This document shows, one piece after another, positions 50,312 through 60,093 of a stretch of 64,000 nt of DNA; the stretch's first letter is position 1; every line of letters begins with the position of its first letter. Position numbers and translations under genes: made by a program. The notes beneath the pieces were generated by a model, which was given only the letters and a program-made list of their open reading frames with translations, was not told the DNA's origin and searched no databases. The stretch is from a bacterium (GTDB lineage: Bacteria > Electryoneota > Electryoneia > Electryoneales > Electryoneaceae), in assembly GCA_963669175.1 (NCBI GenBank), contig OY769902.1, forward strand, positions 4,672,001 through 4,736,000, in the 5' to 3' direction.

Positions 50312-51372
50312 CAATTCTCCTGCACCATCTGCATTGCGGCTCGAGCGACCATCTCCGGTGCAAGCTTTTTCATACAATCATGATGTCCAAGCGGACATTT
50401 CTTTGATCCGTGAATCCGACAGGGACGACAGGATAAATCAAGCCCGATCACTCGATCTTTATCGCCAATGGGCGCGAACCCGAATTCAGGCACTGTCGGT
50501 CCGAAAATGGTTAATACCGGGGTATCAACAGCGACAGCCAGGTGAACCGGAGCCGTATCCCCGCTGACCAACAAGCTGCATCGTTTCAACAATGCCGCTG
50601 AACCAGCTATGCTCAGTTTTCCGGCCGCATTACGACTTGCACCTGTACTGTTCTTCAGGATTCTATCTCCAAGCGCCGCATCTTCCGGACCGCCGACGAT
50701 AATACATGATTTCCCTTGCGCTTCAAGCTGCTTCAGCAGTTCAATCCAGTATTGTTCCGGCCATCGTTTTGTCGGCCAGACGCTGCCCGGTGCAAGTGCA
50801 ATCCACTGTTCTTGATCAGATGCTTCAACCAATCTGGCAGCTTCTTCTACTGCTTTATCGGGCAGGATTAACGAAGGGATTGGGGAAAAATCCTGGGATA
50901 CGATTGGTTGCAACAGATCCAGGTTTCGTGCGCCCTCATATTTATTCCAGTCACGGTCCACCTTCTTCGTATACAACCAAGCGCCGGGTGTTTTCGCATA
51001 TCCTATCAGGACAGGTATTCCGGTCATCCTGGCCAATAGCGCGCTACGAAATGAACGGTGCGGAATCAACGCAAGATCACACTTCAGTTGCCTGATCTTG
51101 CCTGCAAGCCTGAACAAGCCGGGCAATCCACGATTTGCGCCATGCTTTTCAAATACGAATAGCTTGTCCACGTTTGGATGGTTTTCCAAAAGTTGAGCTG
51201 CACCGGGACGCGCAATAACGGCAAGTTTTGCGGATGTGTTGATCTGCTTTACGGCATCGATTAACGGTAAGCTTAAAACCAGGTCACCAAGGAAGGCCGT
51301 CTGGATAATCGCTACCCTGCGAAATGGCACATCATCGCCTGGTGTTTCATTCACTCCCCGGGCCTCCGACAC
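50311..51372 (-). CDS. waaF: GT9 LPS heptosyltransferase (WaaF-like)
   Basis: TAFLGDLVL, APGSVWPTKRWP, SGDTAPVHLA, FGPT, CRPC..CPLGHHDCM. Confidence 0.88.
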   Translation of the reverse strand: MSEARGVNETPGDDVPFRRVAIIQTAFLGDLVLSLPLIDAVKQINTSAKLAVIARPGAAQLLENHPNVDKLFVFEKHGANRGLPGLFRLAGKIRQLKCDLALIPHRSFRSALLARMTGIPVLIGYAKTPGAWLYTKKVDRDWNKYEGARNLDLLQPIVSQDFSPIPSLILPDKAVEEAARLVEASDQEQWIALAPGSVWPTKRWPEQYWIELLKQLEAQGKSCIIVGGPEDAALGDRILKNSTGASRNAAGKLSIAGSAALLKRCSLLVSGDTAPVHLAVAVDTPVLTIFGPTVPEFGFAPIGDKDRVIGLDLSCRPCRIHGSKKCPLGHHDCMKKLAPEMVARAAMQMVQEN

Positions 51373-52447
51373 GATCCAGTAATGGTGGGGTTATCCGGTC
51401 AATATGTTCCATGATCATTTTGGCTACACGTTCGTAGGCTTCCTTCGACTGACCGTAAGGATCCTCTACCCCCGGGTCTTCCGATGGATCTTCCGGGAAT
51501 CGGGTGAAAAGAAACATTTTCTCCGAGTATTCCGGGAAAGAAGCATGCAAATCGCCAAGGTTGTCCGGACTCATGGCCAGCACAATATCAGCCCATTCCA
51601 GCAGGTTCCGTGAGACTGGACGACTGAAATGGTTGTTCAGGTTAATCCCCTGTTCCCGCATGACATCAACAGCAAAGAGTGAAGCTTTCAAACCACTGTT
51701 GGCGATGGTGCCGGCGCTGCGAACCACGAATTTCTTCGGAGCTTTCTCGTTCAGGATTTCTGTGAGCATGGCTTCTGCCATGGGACTGCGACAGATATTT
51801 CCGCTGCATACAACGAGAATATTCGCATGATCACCAAGTAATGGTTCATCCGTTGTACGCGCGCGCAGAACGACAGGTCCGGACGGTGTCCATTGCTTTA
51901 CTTCACTGGCTTTGCCGGTTAGAGGCTCCAACTCAAATACAGCGCCGTCAACTTCTTCATACAAGTCGACCGGGAAATTGTCACGGCTGGTTGCAGGTGG
52001 CTGACCATGACGATTGGCCGATGTGGATACAATCAGGGAATCCATTGCTGCCGTTACGGCTCGCAATAGCGGATGCTTGGGAACACGTATGCCTAATGTC
52101 CGATCTTCACCGAGCAAATGGTTCGGCACTTCCTTCTTTGCCGGCAGCACCCATGTTACCGGACCGGGCCAGCTATCCAGAACAGTCCTGCGGTCTCGGC
52201 CCTCGGGAATAACAACATGACGCCCGATATCCACCACTGTAGCACACAGCGTAGTCAAAGGCCGGTTAGTATCCAGCCCCTTGATCTCACGAATACGTCG
52301 CACCGCATGCGAGTTACGCGCATCTGCATGAATCCCGTAAATCGTATCTGTCGGAAGAATCAGGATTTCACCCGCTTCAAGGCGACGCACCACTTCCAAC
52401 ACGACATCGGTCGATACCGACCCTCTTGCCAGTTCTGCGATTACCAC
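51347..52447 (-). CDS. Fusion of TsaC/Sua5-like threonylcarbamoyl-AMP synthase and low-molecular-weight protein phosphatase
   Basis: PTDTIYG, WPGPVT, GIRVP, STSAN, then VCSGNICRSPMAE, SAGT, EDPYG. Confidence 0.9.
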   Translation of the reverse strand: MVIAELARGSVSTDVVLEVVRRLEAGEILILPTDTIYGIHADARNSHAVRRIREIKGLDTNRPLTTLCATVVDIGRHVVIPEGRDRRTVLDSWPGPVTWVLPAKKEVPNHLLGEDRTLGIRVPKHPLLRAVTAAMDSLIVSTSANRHGQPPATSRDNFPVDLYEEVDGAVFELEPLTGKASEVKQWTPSGPVVLRARTTDEPLLGDHANILVVCSGNICRSPMAEAMLTEILNEKAPKKFVVRSAGTIANSGLKASLFAVDVMREQGINLNNHFSRPVSRNLLEWADIVLAMSPDNLGDLHASFPEYSEKMFLFTRFPEDPSEDPGVEDPYGQSKEAYERVAKMIMEHIDRITPPLLDRVGGPGSE

Positions 52448-52971
52448 CCGGACACCGTCTTGTTAAGGATATCTTCCGCCAATTTCCCTACGGCCTCTTC
52501 CAATCCTTCATCACGTTCTGCACTGGCTCCGCTGGAAAAAGGATACATCCCATAATTGGATAATCTCTCTTCCCAAACCACCTTGTCCAGTATCCTGTCA
52601 TAAAACTCGACTGCTACCGTTACAGTGATTTTATACTCGTCAACCACAGCGTCCGAAGAAAACGTAGCCGGTTGATCATCTATGTTGACAATAACACCAC
52701 GGATCACACTATCCGCTTCATCCAGATCACGTATTTTCAACGAGTTGTCATTCCTGAAAGCATCCAACAGTTCATCGGTCAGCATCTCCTCAACGCCGTA
52801 TTCCGCGGTCTGATTCTCAAAGTCAGGAATTGCAACCGACTTCAGGTGACCGGGCACATTGCCGCTGAACGTATAGATTCCACAGCCGTTTCCGGCAATG
52901 AGAGTAGCCAGGAAACAACATAAGAATATGAACTGAGGTTTTCCAACTCTTGTTTTTACAGAATCATGCAT
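52441..52971 (-). CDS. lptE: LptE-family lipoprotein
   Basis: Lipobox-like GNGCG, YTFSG..SVAIPDFENQT, C-terminal DILNKTVSGW. Confidence 0.8.
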   Translation of the reverse strand: MHDSVKTRVGKPQFIFLCCFLATLIAGNGCGIYTFSGNVPGHLKSVAIPDFENQTAEYGVEEMLTDELLDAFRNDNSLKIRDLDEADSVIRGVIVNIDDQPATFSSDAVVDEYKITVTVAVEFYDRILDKVVWEERLSNYGMYPFSSGASAERDEGLEEAVGKLAEDILNKTVSGW

Positions 52972-52999
52972 CCTATTTCACCTGAAAAATCACCTAAGG

Positions 53000-54151
53000 T
53001 TATAAGTTGTATTCTTTTATCTTCCGATACAAGGTCCGTTCTCCGATTCCAAGCGCTTTTGCTGTCTTTCTCCTGTTGCCACCAAATTCAGATAGCGAAT
53101 TCTTGATCTGCTCTTTCTCCATATCCTGTAAAGTGAGCCGGATTTCGTTATCCATCTCTTCGCGGTACGCCACTTTTTCAGGCAACGCCGCAGGGTAACT
53201 ATGTAATATCAGCGCTCTTGCAACCAGATCTTTCACTTCCTGTATTTCGCGCCGCATATCAATCAATAATTGTAATACCAGTTCAGAATCCAGGTTCTGA
53301 CGACTTTGTACCGGCGCTAAGACAGGAAGGTTCGGACTGCTGCTCCTGGCCCCCGGGAGATGCATCCGAATCGCTGATGCGTCGATAGGGCTTTCGCGTT
53401 CCAATGTGAGCAACGTACCGATAAAATGCTTCAATTCGCGAACATTGCCCCGCCATTCATGATTACGCAGAATTTCCATGGCCTGGGGAAGAATACGCGG
53501 CCGGTCAATATGATTTTCCTTGCAGAACTCATCCGCGAAACGCTCGACCAACGGTTGTACATCTTCAGGACGGTCGCGCAGTGGCGGGAGTTGAATCTCG
53601 ATAGCCCTCAACCGGAAATACAGGTCTTCGCGGAAATTACCACGCTCCACTTCTCTTGCCAAGTCACGGTTGGTAGCAGCGAGGATACGCACATCCGCAG
53701 TGCGAGCACGTGTTCCGCCTACCCGGAAATACTCTCCGCTTTCCAGGGCGCGAAGTACTTTCACCTGCATTTGCAAGGGCATTTCGCCGACTTCATCAAG
53801 CAGGAGTGTACCACCATCAGCCTCTTCGAAATAACCTTTACGCTGACGATCCGCCCCGGTAAAACTGCCCTTTTCATGCCCGAACATCTCGCTTTCGAAC
53901 AATCCTTCCGGAATCGCGCCGCAGTTGACCGGAATGAATGCCTTTTCTCGCCGGGGTGAAAGATCATGGATCAGCCGCGCCACAACATCCTTGCCCGTAC
54001 CGCTTTCACCACTGATCAGTACGGATATTCTTGTTCCGGCAACACGTCTGGCCAGTGTGCGCACTTCACTGATAGCATCACTGTTACCCACCAAACGGTC
54101 AAACACAGCCAGGTTCTGTGTTGATCCGGATATGTTACTGTCATGCGCCAT
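53000..54151 (-). CDS. Sigma54-interaction AAA+ regulator with Fis HTH and no N-terminal sensor domain
   Basis: GESGTGKD, ESEMFGHEKGSFTGA, LDEVGEM, FREDLYFRL, GNVREL, LGIGERTLYRK. Confidence 0.94.
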   Translation of the reverse strand: MAHDSNISGSTQNLAVFDRLVGNSDAISEVRTLARRVAGTRISVLISGESGTGKDVVARLIHDLSPRREKAFIPVNCGAIPEGLFESEMFGHEKGSFTGADRQRKGYFEEADGGTLLLDEVGEMPLQMQVKVLRALESGEYFRVGGTRARTADVRILAATNRDLAREVERGNFREDLYFRLRAIEIQLPPLRDRPEDVQPLVERFADEFCKENHIDRPRILPQAMEILRNHEWRGNVRELKHFIGTLLTLERESPIDASAIRMHLPGARSSSPNLPVLAPVQSRQNLDSELVLQLLIDMRREIQEVKDLVARALILHSYPAALPEKVAYREEMDNEIRLTLQDMEKEQIKNSLSEFGGNRRKTAKALGIGERTLYRKIKEYNL

Positions 54152-54166
54152 AATTGTATACCGCGT

Positions 54167-54871
54167 TTACCCTTCTACAATCAAATCATCTTCTGCCCAA
54201 ATCGCGCCTTCCACGTTGTCCGGGACTTTCTCCGAAGCGATATGGGTTAATAGAACAGTGGACACTCCTGCGCCCTTTGCCAGTTCTACACCGGTGCAAT
54301 AATCAACATGAGTGGTTTCAAGTATCAACCCATGCAGGCCATGCAGATGCCCCTCAAGCGCTTTCAGGTCTACCAGGTCCGAACTGTACAACCATTTTCG
54401 GTTCTTCCACTCAACGATTAAGCTGAAGCTTCCACCTTCAGCAGCAGGAATGTGCCCGTTTTCCCATATTGTAATCTTATGCCCGGTTGGCAGTTCCAAT
54501 ATCTCCTCGCGTAATGTACGAAAATTTATAGGGAATGGTAACTTTTCAGGGTCAAGTCTACAAACACTCAGCCATTTTGGCAGAGCCTCAGTAAATGGGG
54601 CAGGTGCGAGAATGGTCAGCGGATTGGTGCGTTGTTGAATCTTCCAGCCCTGCAGTAACATGGGCAGGCCGCTGAGATGATCGGCGTGCAGGTGAGTTAT
54701 AACAAGTACGCCGATTTCCTGTTTCCAGACAACCGGCCTTTTCAGAGCGCTTGCTGAACCTTCTCCCACATCTACCAGCAGCGCGGCAGAATCCCCTTCG
54801 AATAGAACGCTGCTGTTATTGCGATCAGGTGAAGGTTCTCCGTCCCCTGTACCTATAAACCGAATCTTCAT
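54167..54871 (-). CDS. MBL-fold hydrolase (RNase Z-like)
   Basis: FIGTG, DVGEG, THLHADH, YSSD, LTH. Confidence 0.85.
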   Translation of the reverse strand: MKIRFIGTGDGEPSPDRNNSSVLFEGDSAALLVDVGEGSASALKRPVVWKQEIGVLVITHLHADHLSGLPMLLQGWKIQQRTNPLTILAPAPFTEALPKWLSVCRLDPEKLPFPINFRTLREEILELPTGHKITIWENGHIPAAEGGSFSLIVEWKNRKWLYSSDLVDLKALEGHLHGLHGLILETTHVDYCTGVELAKGAGVSTVLLTHIASEKVPDNVEGAIWAEDDLIVEG

Positions 54872-54921
54872 CGCTCCCCCTCTTGTGGATCAATCCATGA
54901 GAATCGGTCCCCTGGAGCAGC

Positions 54922-54943
54922 AACGGGGCATAAATGCCCCGTT
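54922..54943. repeat. Perfect palindrome downstream of the che operon
   Basis: aacggggcat-aa-atgccccgtt. Confidence 0.55.
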
Positions 54944-55006
54944 TCCCCTCAAGCTACTGAATCCTGTAATCCTTGCGGACTGCAAGTCAGTATTTGTATG
55001 CGAAAA

Positions 55007-55492
55007 CTATTGTGTAATATTCTTTCCCAGTACTTTCATGGAAACTTCCATCAGGAAAGTATGTTCATTCAATTTGAATGGAATCGCCACAACAGGAATA
55101 TCGAGCTTGTGGCTGATCAGGTGGTCCTTGCCTACAATAACGGACGGGATAGAAATATGGAATGACAAACCATCCTCGGCAAGGGCTGTCTTCGCCCCAC
55201 CTGCAACAATATTGGTCAACTCACCGATAGAATCCTGTACTTCACGGGAGAGCTTGTCTTTGGCGTCTCCTGTCATGAGCTCATAAATCCATAATGCGGC
55301 TTCCCGGGTAAAGCTCAAGGCAACGGAACCGGTGACATTCTTTTCAGCAAAGCCGATGAGACCGGTAATATCACCCTTGGTCAACTTGTCTTTTTTCAGG
55401 TAGGGCGCCTGCCGTTCGGGGTTTATCCCCAACATCATCTCCATCGTATTCATGACCGACGTCATGAAAGGATTGATGTATTTCACTTCCAT
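55007..55492 (-). CDS. cheX: CheY-P phosphatase CheX
   Basis: YINPF, ITGLIGF, DSIGELTNIVAG (ExxN), ISIPSV. Confidence 0.9.
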   Translation of the reverse strand: MEVKYINPFMTSVMNTMEMMLGINPERQAPYLKKDKLTKGDITGLIGFAEKNVTGSVALSFTREAALWIYELMTGDAKDKLSREVQDSIGELTNIVAGGAKTALAEDGLSFHISIPSVIVGKDHLISHKLDIPVVAIPFKLNEHTFLMEVSMKVLGKNITQ

Positions 55493-55523
55493 GCGAATCT
55501 CCTGGTCCGGAATCAAACCTGCA

Positions 55524-55877
55524 TTATGTCAGCGCTTCAACCTTTTCTACTAGAACAGATTTGGTAAACGGCTTCACGATATAATCGTTTACACCCTCTT
55601 TCAATGCTGTAAGCACCTCATCTTTCGCACCTTCAGTGGTGATCATGATGATCGGCACACTTCCGAAAGTCGGATTGGATCGGATCTCTTTAACCAGCGT
55701 GAGCCCGTCCATCACAGGCATATTCCAGTCGGTAAGAACGAGATCAACTCCGTTCATCAGGGATAATGCTTCGACACCGTTTCCGGCCTCAGCAAGATCT
55801 GAATACCCTGAAGCTTTCAAGTTATTGAGAATGATCCTGCGCATGGTGATAGAGTCATCTACTACCAGGATTTTCAT
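55524..55877 (-). CDS. cheY: CheY response regulator
   Basis: VVDDS.TMRRI, LTDWNMP, ITTE, YIVKPF. Confidence 0.93.
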   Translation of the reverse strand: MKILVVDDSITMRRIILNNLKASGYSDLAEAGNGVEALSLMNGVDLVLTDWNMPVMDGLTLVKEIRSNPTFGSVPIIMITTEGAKDEVLTALKEGVNDYIVKPFTKSVLVEKVEALT

Positions 55878-55892
55878 GCGCCCCTCCTAAGC

Positions 55893-56375
55893 TTACTTGG
55901 TTTCGTTTACCAAGCTTTTAAACCCTGCGCCAGTAACTGTAACAACCAGTTTATACTCGTCAATCTGGAAAACGCCAGAATAGGCAACATCTCCCTGGGC
56001 CTGAGCATCGCTGCGTCCTGTCTGAGGAAGCCCCAGCTTGAAGCTCACATCATCCGGGACCAGCTCACTCATAAAACGTCCGCCAAGGGTGTTTATCAAT
56101 TCTGCAAAGGTATCAAAAAGTATCTCCGGAGGCAGGCCTTCATCCTCTGGAGGTCCATGCACCAGCTCTACCAGCATATTCGCACCGGTCTTGCATGTAA
56201 TAAATGAAACCCCACCATAATAAGGTTCCAGAATAGGCAAATTTGCCCAATACATCTCTTCTTCACACTCTAAAGGGCCGTCAACAGGAATAGCCTGTTC
56301 AAATGCCATTGTTTCCAACGTGGTGCCAAGCGCTCTTTCTACTGCCTCTGCAATTGTCGCTTTTGTAGCAGACAT
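55893..56375 (-). CDS. CheX/CheC-like protein
   Basis: LETMAF, DTFAELINTLGG (ExxN), FKLGLP. Confidence 0.7.
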   Translation of the reverse strand: MSATKATIAEAVERALGTTLETMAFEQAIPVDGPLECEEEMYWANLPILEPYYGGVSFITCKTGANMLVELVHGPPEDEGLPPEILFDTFAELINTLGGRFMSELVPDDVSFKLGLPQTGRSDAQAQGDVAYSGVFQIDEYKLVVTVTGAGFKSLVNETK

Positions 56376-56387
56376 ATCGACTCCTGA

Positions 56388-56768
56388 CTATTGCTCCTGC
56401 TCCAGTTCCTTCAGCAGGTCAGCGATACTTGCGGGAGTAACCGGTTTGCTGATTACCCGGAAAGCGCCCACATCTACCAGTTCATCTACCAGCGCTTCGT
56501 TTTGTGAACTGGTGATAATAACCACCGGAACTGCCCTGAGTTCACTATCCGCCTTTAATTCCATAAGCAAGCTGGCCCCATCCATGATCGGCATATTCAG
56601 ATCACTCAGGATGAGCTCCGGCTTATGCTGACGTGCCAGCTCAAGCGCTTCTTTGCCATCACGCCCTTCCAGGAAAGTCGTATCATACAATCCCGCAATC
56701 TCCAGACAGCGTTTGATTACCATCCGCGCCGTCGCAGAATCGTCTACCAGCAAGACTGTATTCAACAT
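56388..56768 (-). CDS. Single-domain CheY-like response regulator
   Basis: LVDDS, LSDLNMP, ITS, SKP. Confidence 0.9.
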   Translation of the reverse strand: MLNTVLLVDDSATARMVIKRCLEIAGLYDTTFLEGRDGKEALELARQHKPELILSDLNMPIMDGASLLMELKADSELRAVPVVIITSSQNEALVDELVDVGAFRVISKPVTPASIADLLKELEQEQ

Positions 56769-56770
56769 CT

Positions 56771-57637
56771 TCAGTCCTCGTCTTCTGTCAATCCGATGAC
56801 ATCTTTTACCGCATCGAATTCCGTTTGAATATTTAACAAGATGCGGTCCACATCCTTGATGGTCAAGGTAAAATAGTTTATGTAGTTCGGATTTACCCGG
56901 TACGCAAAAGCGTCAATCCCGGTATCCGTACCGCCTATCATGGACAACAAATCACCGAGATGCGTGGTGTATACAAGGGTACGATATTTTTCTTCCGCAT
57001 CGTCCGGCGCGTGATGAAACCGAATGGCCTCACTCAAGCTTTCCGGCAATCCCCAGCGATTGGCCAGCGCAAAACCAACTTCGGGGTGAGTTGTACCCAG
57101 TAACGCTTGTTCGGCACCAAGAAACTCATCTTCGACCTTATTGTCAAGCTTATAGAGGATTTTATCAGTAGAACCCTTCAGAAATTCCGAAATAACGGCT
57201 TTCCCGATATCATGAAGCAAGCCTGCTGTAAAAGCTTCATCCGGAGATATTTTATCCTTTGCAACCGTAGCCATTTCCCTTGCTGCAATTGCAGTGCGGA
57301 TGGAATGCTTCCAGAGCGCCGATTCTGCCGCATAGCCATCAAGCTTCTTTGCATAGACCTCAGAATTGCTGATCCCAAGTACTATGCCCATAACCAACCT
57401 GTCGCCAAGCATGGTTACAGCACGTTGCACAGATGTCACTTCGCCGCCACGGGCAAAATACGCTGAATTGGCCAGCCGTAACAACTTGGAAGTTAAAATT
57501 GCGTCGCTGGAAATCACACGCACCATATCCGCAACATTGTGTTTCTCATCATTGACAATCTGTACCAATCGCATCGCCACAGAAGAAAGTGTGGGGAGCG
57601 AATGGACTTTTTGAGCGATTTCTTCCGGTAAACTCAT
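56771..57637 (-). CDS. HDOD domain protein
   Basis: LPTLS, LLRLANS, WKHS, AGLLHDIGK, THPEVG..WGLP..IRFHH. Confidence 0.92.
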   Translation of the reverse strand: MSLPEEIAQKVHSLPTLSSVAMRLVQIVNDEKHNVADMVRVISSDAILTSKLLRLANSAYFARGGEVTSVQRAVTMLGDRLVMGIVLGISNSEVYAKKLDGYAAESALWKHSIRTAIAAREMATVAKDKISPDEAFTAGLLHDIGKAVISEFLKGSTDKILYKLDNKVEDEFLGAEQALLGTTHPEVGFALANRWGLPESLSEAIRFHHAPDDAEEKYRTLVYTTHLGDLLSMIGGTDTGIDAFAYRVNPNYINYFTLTIKDVDRILLNIQTEFDAVKDVIGLTEDED

Positions 57638-58119
57638 AGCTCCCACTCCCCTCTGGCAGGTGAACTCAACAACACTCTGCCCGTATCAACATCAACCGTA
57701 ACAGTACGACTGATATTCCCCCCTACTTCTTCGTTTAGTGCGCCCAGACGGTACTTCCAGAGGATTTTCCTCGCCGCAAGGATATTACGTTTTCCAATGT
57801 TAAAGATATTATTGGAATCCATAATCGCGGCTCCACCTGCCAGCTTTACCGCCAAATCCCTGCTGCTTGTTACGCCGAGTTTCTTCATCTCCTTCAAGAT
57901 AGCAGGAATACCTGTGTCTGCAAAGGTTCCTGGCTTGTCTTGCGCACGTTTCAGGTTAATGGATGAATCCGGGAGAGCAATATGCAGTAATCCCACGGCC
58001 CGTTGTCGTGGCGCAAGGAGAATAACACCTACACACGATCCCAATCCGATAGTACGGATGATATCGCCGGGGTTGTTCGATGCTGCAAAATCGCCAACAC
58101 CTACATAGATCGTGCCCAT
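57634..58119 (-). CDS. cheD: Chemoreceptor glutamine deamidase CheD
   Basis: GLGSCVG, GLLHIALP, FADT, KLAGGA, IGKRN, GG..SRTV. Confidence 0.92.
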   Translation of the reverse strand: MGTIYVGVGDFAASNNPGDIIRTIGLGSCVGVILLAPRQRAVGLLHIALPDSSINLKRAQDKPGTFADTGIPAILKEMKKLGVTSSRDLAVKLAGGAAIMDSNNIFNIGKRNILAARKILWKYRLGALNEEVGGNISRTVTVDVDTGRVLLSSPARGEWEL

Positions 58120-58124
58120 GTAAA

Positions 58125-59183
58125 TCAGTTCTCCGTAAACAACTTAATCAAAGACGAGGGTATTGATTCCAATGGCATCTGCTTTTCTACTGCTCCAAGC
58201 TCATACGCTTCTTTGGGCATTCCATATACGACACAACTGGCCTGATCCTGTCCCAGTGTTCTGGCCCCGGCCTTTCGCATTTCAACCATCGCTTCAGCGC
58301 CATCCTTACCCATACCGGTCAGAATCACACCCACTGCATTTGAGCCAACATGCTCAGCAACAGAACGGAACAGCACATCAACTGAAGGCATATGTCCGCA
58401 AACACGTTCTTCCTGCTGGCAATTCACTCTATATTCACCGCCACTGCGCCTGACCCTCATATGGTAATCACCAGGCGCTATCAATACCTGCCCGGGCATC
58501 ACACGATCACCCGTCTGGGCTTCTTTCACGTTCATCTGGCTCTGCTCATCCAGCCTGTCGGCAAACATCTTGGTAAATCCGGCCGGCATGTGCTGTACAA
58601 TCACTACACCTGGCATGGAAGAAGGCAATTGAGTGATTATGTAGCGAATGGCTTCCGTCCCACCCGTTGACGCGCCAATCGCAATAACCTTATCCGTAGA
58701 TTCGGCCAACGCTTTTGATGCCAGGGTGCTCGGACGAGGCGCCGGTTGCTTGCCGTCGCGTTTCCAATGGCTGACGTTTGCCTTGCTTACCGCTTTCACT
58801 TTGGCACGTAATTCCGCCAGCATGGAATTCAGGTTACGACTGACATCAGTCGCGGGTTTCGTCACAAAATCGACTGCGCCTGCTTCAAGCGCCTCCATGG
58901 TAATTCGTTTGCCACGCTGCGTAAGCGCGGAGACCATCAAAACCGGCAAGGGATATTGCGGCATTAAACGTCGAAGAAATTCCACCCCATCCATGCGTGG
59001 CATTTCCACATCAAGTGTCAACACATCCGGGCGAAGCCGAACGATCTTGTCACGAGCGATGTATGGATCAGAAGCTGTTCCGACAACCTCAATCCCTGGG
59101 TCCAGGGCAAGCCCCTGCGCCAGGATCTGACGTACCAGCGCTGAATCATCGACTACCAGTACCTTGACCCTGCTACCGGTCAT
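58125..59183 (-). CDS. cheB: Chemotaxis methylesterase CheB
   Basis: REC TLDVEMPRMDG; GASTGGTEA, VQHMP, PSVDVLF, LTGMGKDG, VVYGMP. Confidence 0.97.
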   Translation of the reverse strand: MTGSRVKVLVVDDSALVRQILAQGLALDPGIEVVGTASDPYIARDKIVRLRPDVLTLDVEMPRMDGVEFLRRLMPQYPLPVLMVSALTQRGKRITMEALEAGAVDFVTKPATDVSRNLNSMLAELRAKVKAVSKANVSHWKRDGKQPAPRPSTLASKALAESTDKVIAIGASTGGTEAIRYIITQLPSSMPGVVIVQHMPAGFTKMFADRLDEQSQMNVKEAQTGDRVMPGQVLIAPGDYHMRVRRSGGEYRVNCQQEERVCGHMPSVDVLFRSVAEHVGSNAVGVILTGMGKDGAEAMVEMRKAGARTLGQDQASCVVYGMPKEAYELGAVEKQMPLESIPSSLIKLFTEN

Positions 59184-60028
59184 CAAACATCTCCCTTCCT
59201 GTAAACTGCAGGCATCAGGTAATTAAACGGATGCCCTGTGCGTCCCAATGTTTCGGAATGACCAATAAACAGGTATCCCCGAGGATGCATATAACGGTGA
59301 AAACGTGCTACCAACCCCTGTCGGGTCGGAATATCAAAATAAATCATCACGTTACGACAGAAGATGATGTGGAATTTCCCCTTGAATGGATAGGTCTCCT
59401 GCATGAGATTCAGCCTGCGATAGAGAACCATATCCTTCAATTTCTGATCAATCATCCACATGCCGTCATTCTGTTTCTTGAAATACTTGCTGAGCAGGTT
59501 CTTCGGAAGCTTGGATACATTCTCATCGGTATACAGACCTGTAACAGCTTTTTGCAAGGAAGAAGTAGAAATGTCTGTTGCCAATATGCCAACATCCCAT
59601 GAAGAAATCTGGTTTCCGAAATACTCGCGCAACAACATGGCCAGCATATAAGGCTCTTCGCCAGATGAGCTCCCGGCGACCCAGATCTTTAGCGTCTTGC
59701 CCAAACCACCCAACGGTCGCGCTTCAAGTTCAGGCAAAGTTGTCTTTACAAAATAGTCAAAATGGTCTTTTTCACGGTTAAAAAAGGTATGGTTGGTCGA
59801 TATTTTGTCAATCAATTCTGATATCAATGCGCCGGATGAATCTGACATTACTTTTTCATAATAGTCTTTGAAGCTCTCTATATTCTTGCGCCTGAGAAGA
59901 CTGTTCAGCCGTCCCACGACAAGTGATCGCTTCTGCTCGGTCAAGTTGATCCCGAACCTTGAATAAACCAAGTCTCGAATCAACTGAAACTCTTTGTCGG
60001 ACAGGCTCATCAATCCTTGCATGCTCAT
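59183..60028 (-). CDS. cheR: Chemotaxis methyltransferase CheR
   Basis: TNHTFFNRE, SSGEEPY, ATDIS, IFCRNVMIYF, GHSE. Confidence 0.96.
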   Translation of the reverse strand: MSMQGLMSLSDKEFQLIRDLVYSRFGINLTEQKRSLVVGRLNSLLRRKNIESFKDYYEKVMSDSSGALISELIDKISTNHTFFNREKDHFDYFVKTTLPELEARPLGGLGKTLKIWVAGSSSGEEPYMLAMLLREYFGNQISSWDVGILATDISTSSLQKAVTGLYTDENVSKLPKNLLSKYFKKQNDGMWMIDQKLKDMVLYRRLNLMQETYPFKGKFHIIFCRNVMIYFDIPTRQGLVARFHRYMHPRGYLFIGHSETLGRTGHPFNYLMPAVYRKGDV

Positions 60029-60093
60029 CCTTACGGTTTACCACCCAACTTGTTATCACCGGTATAAAACTCTTGCGCCAAGTTCAAACGAGT

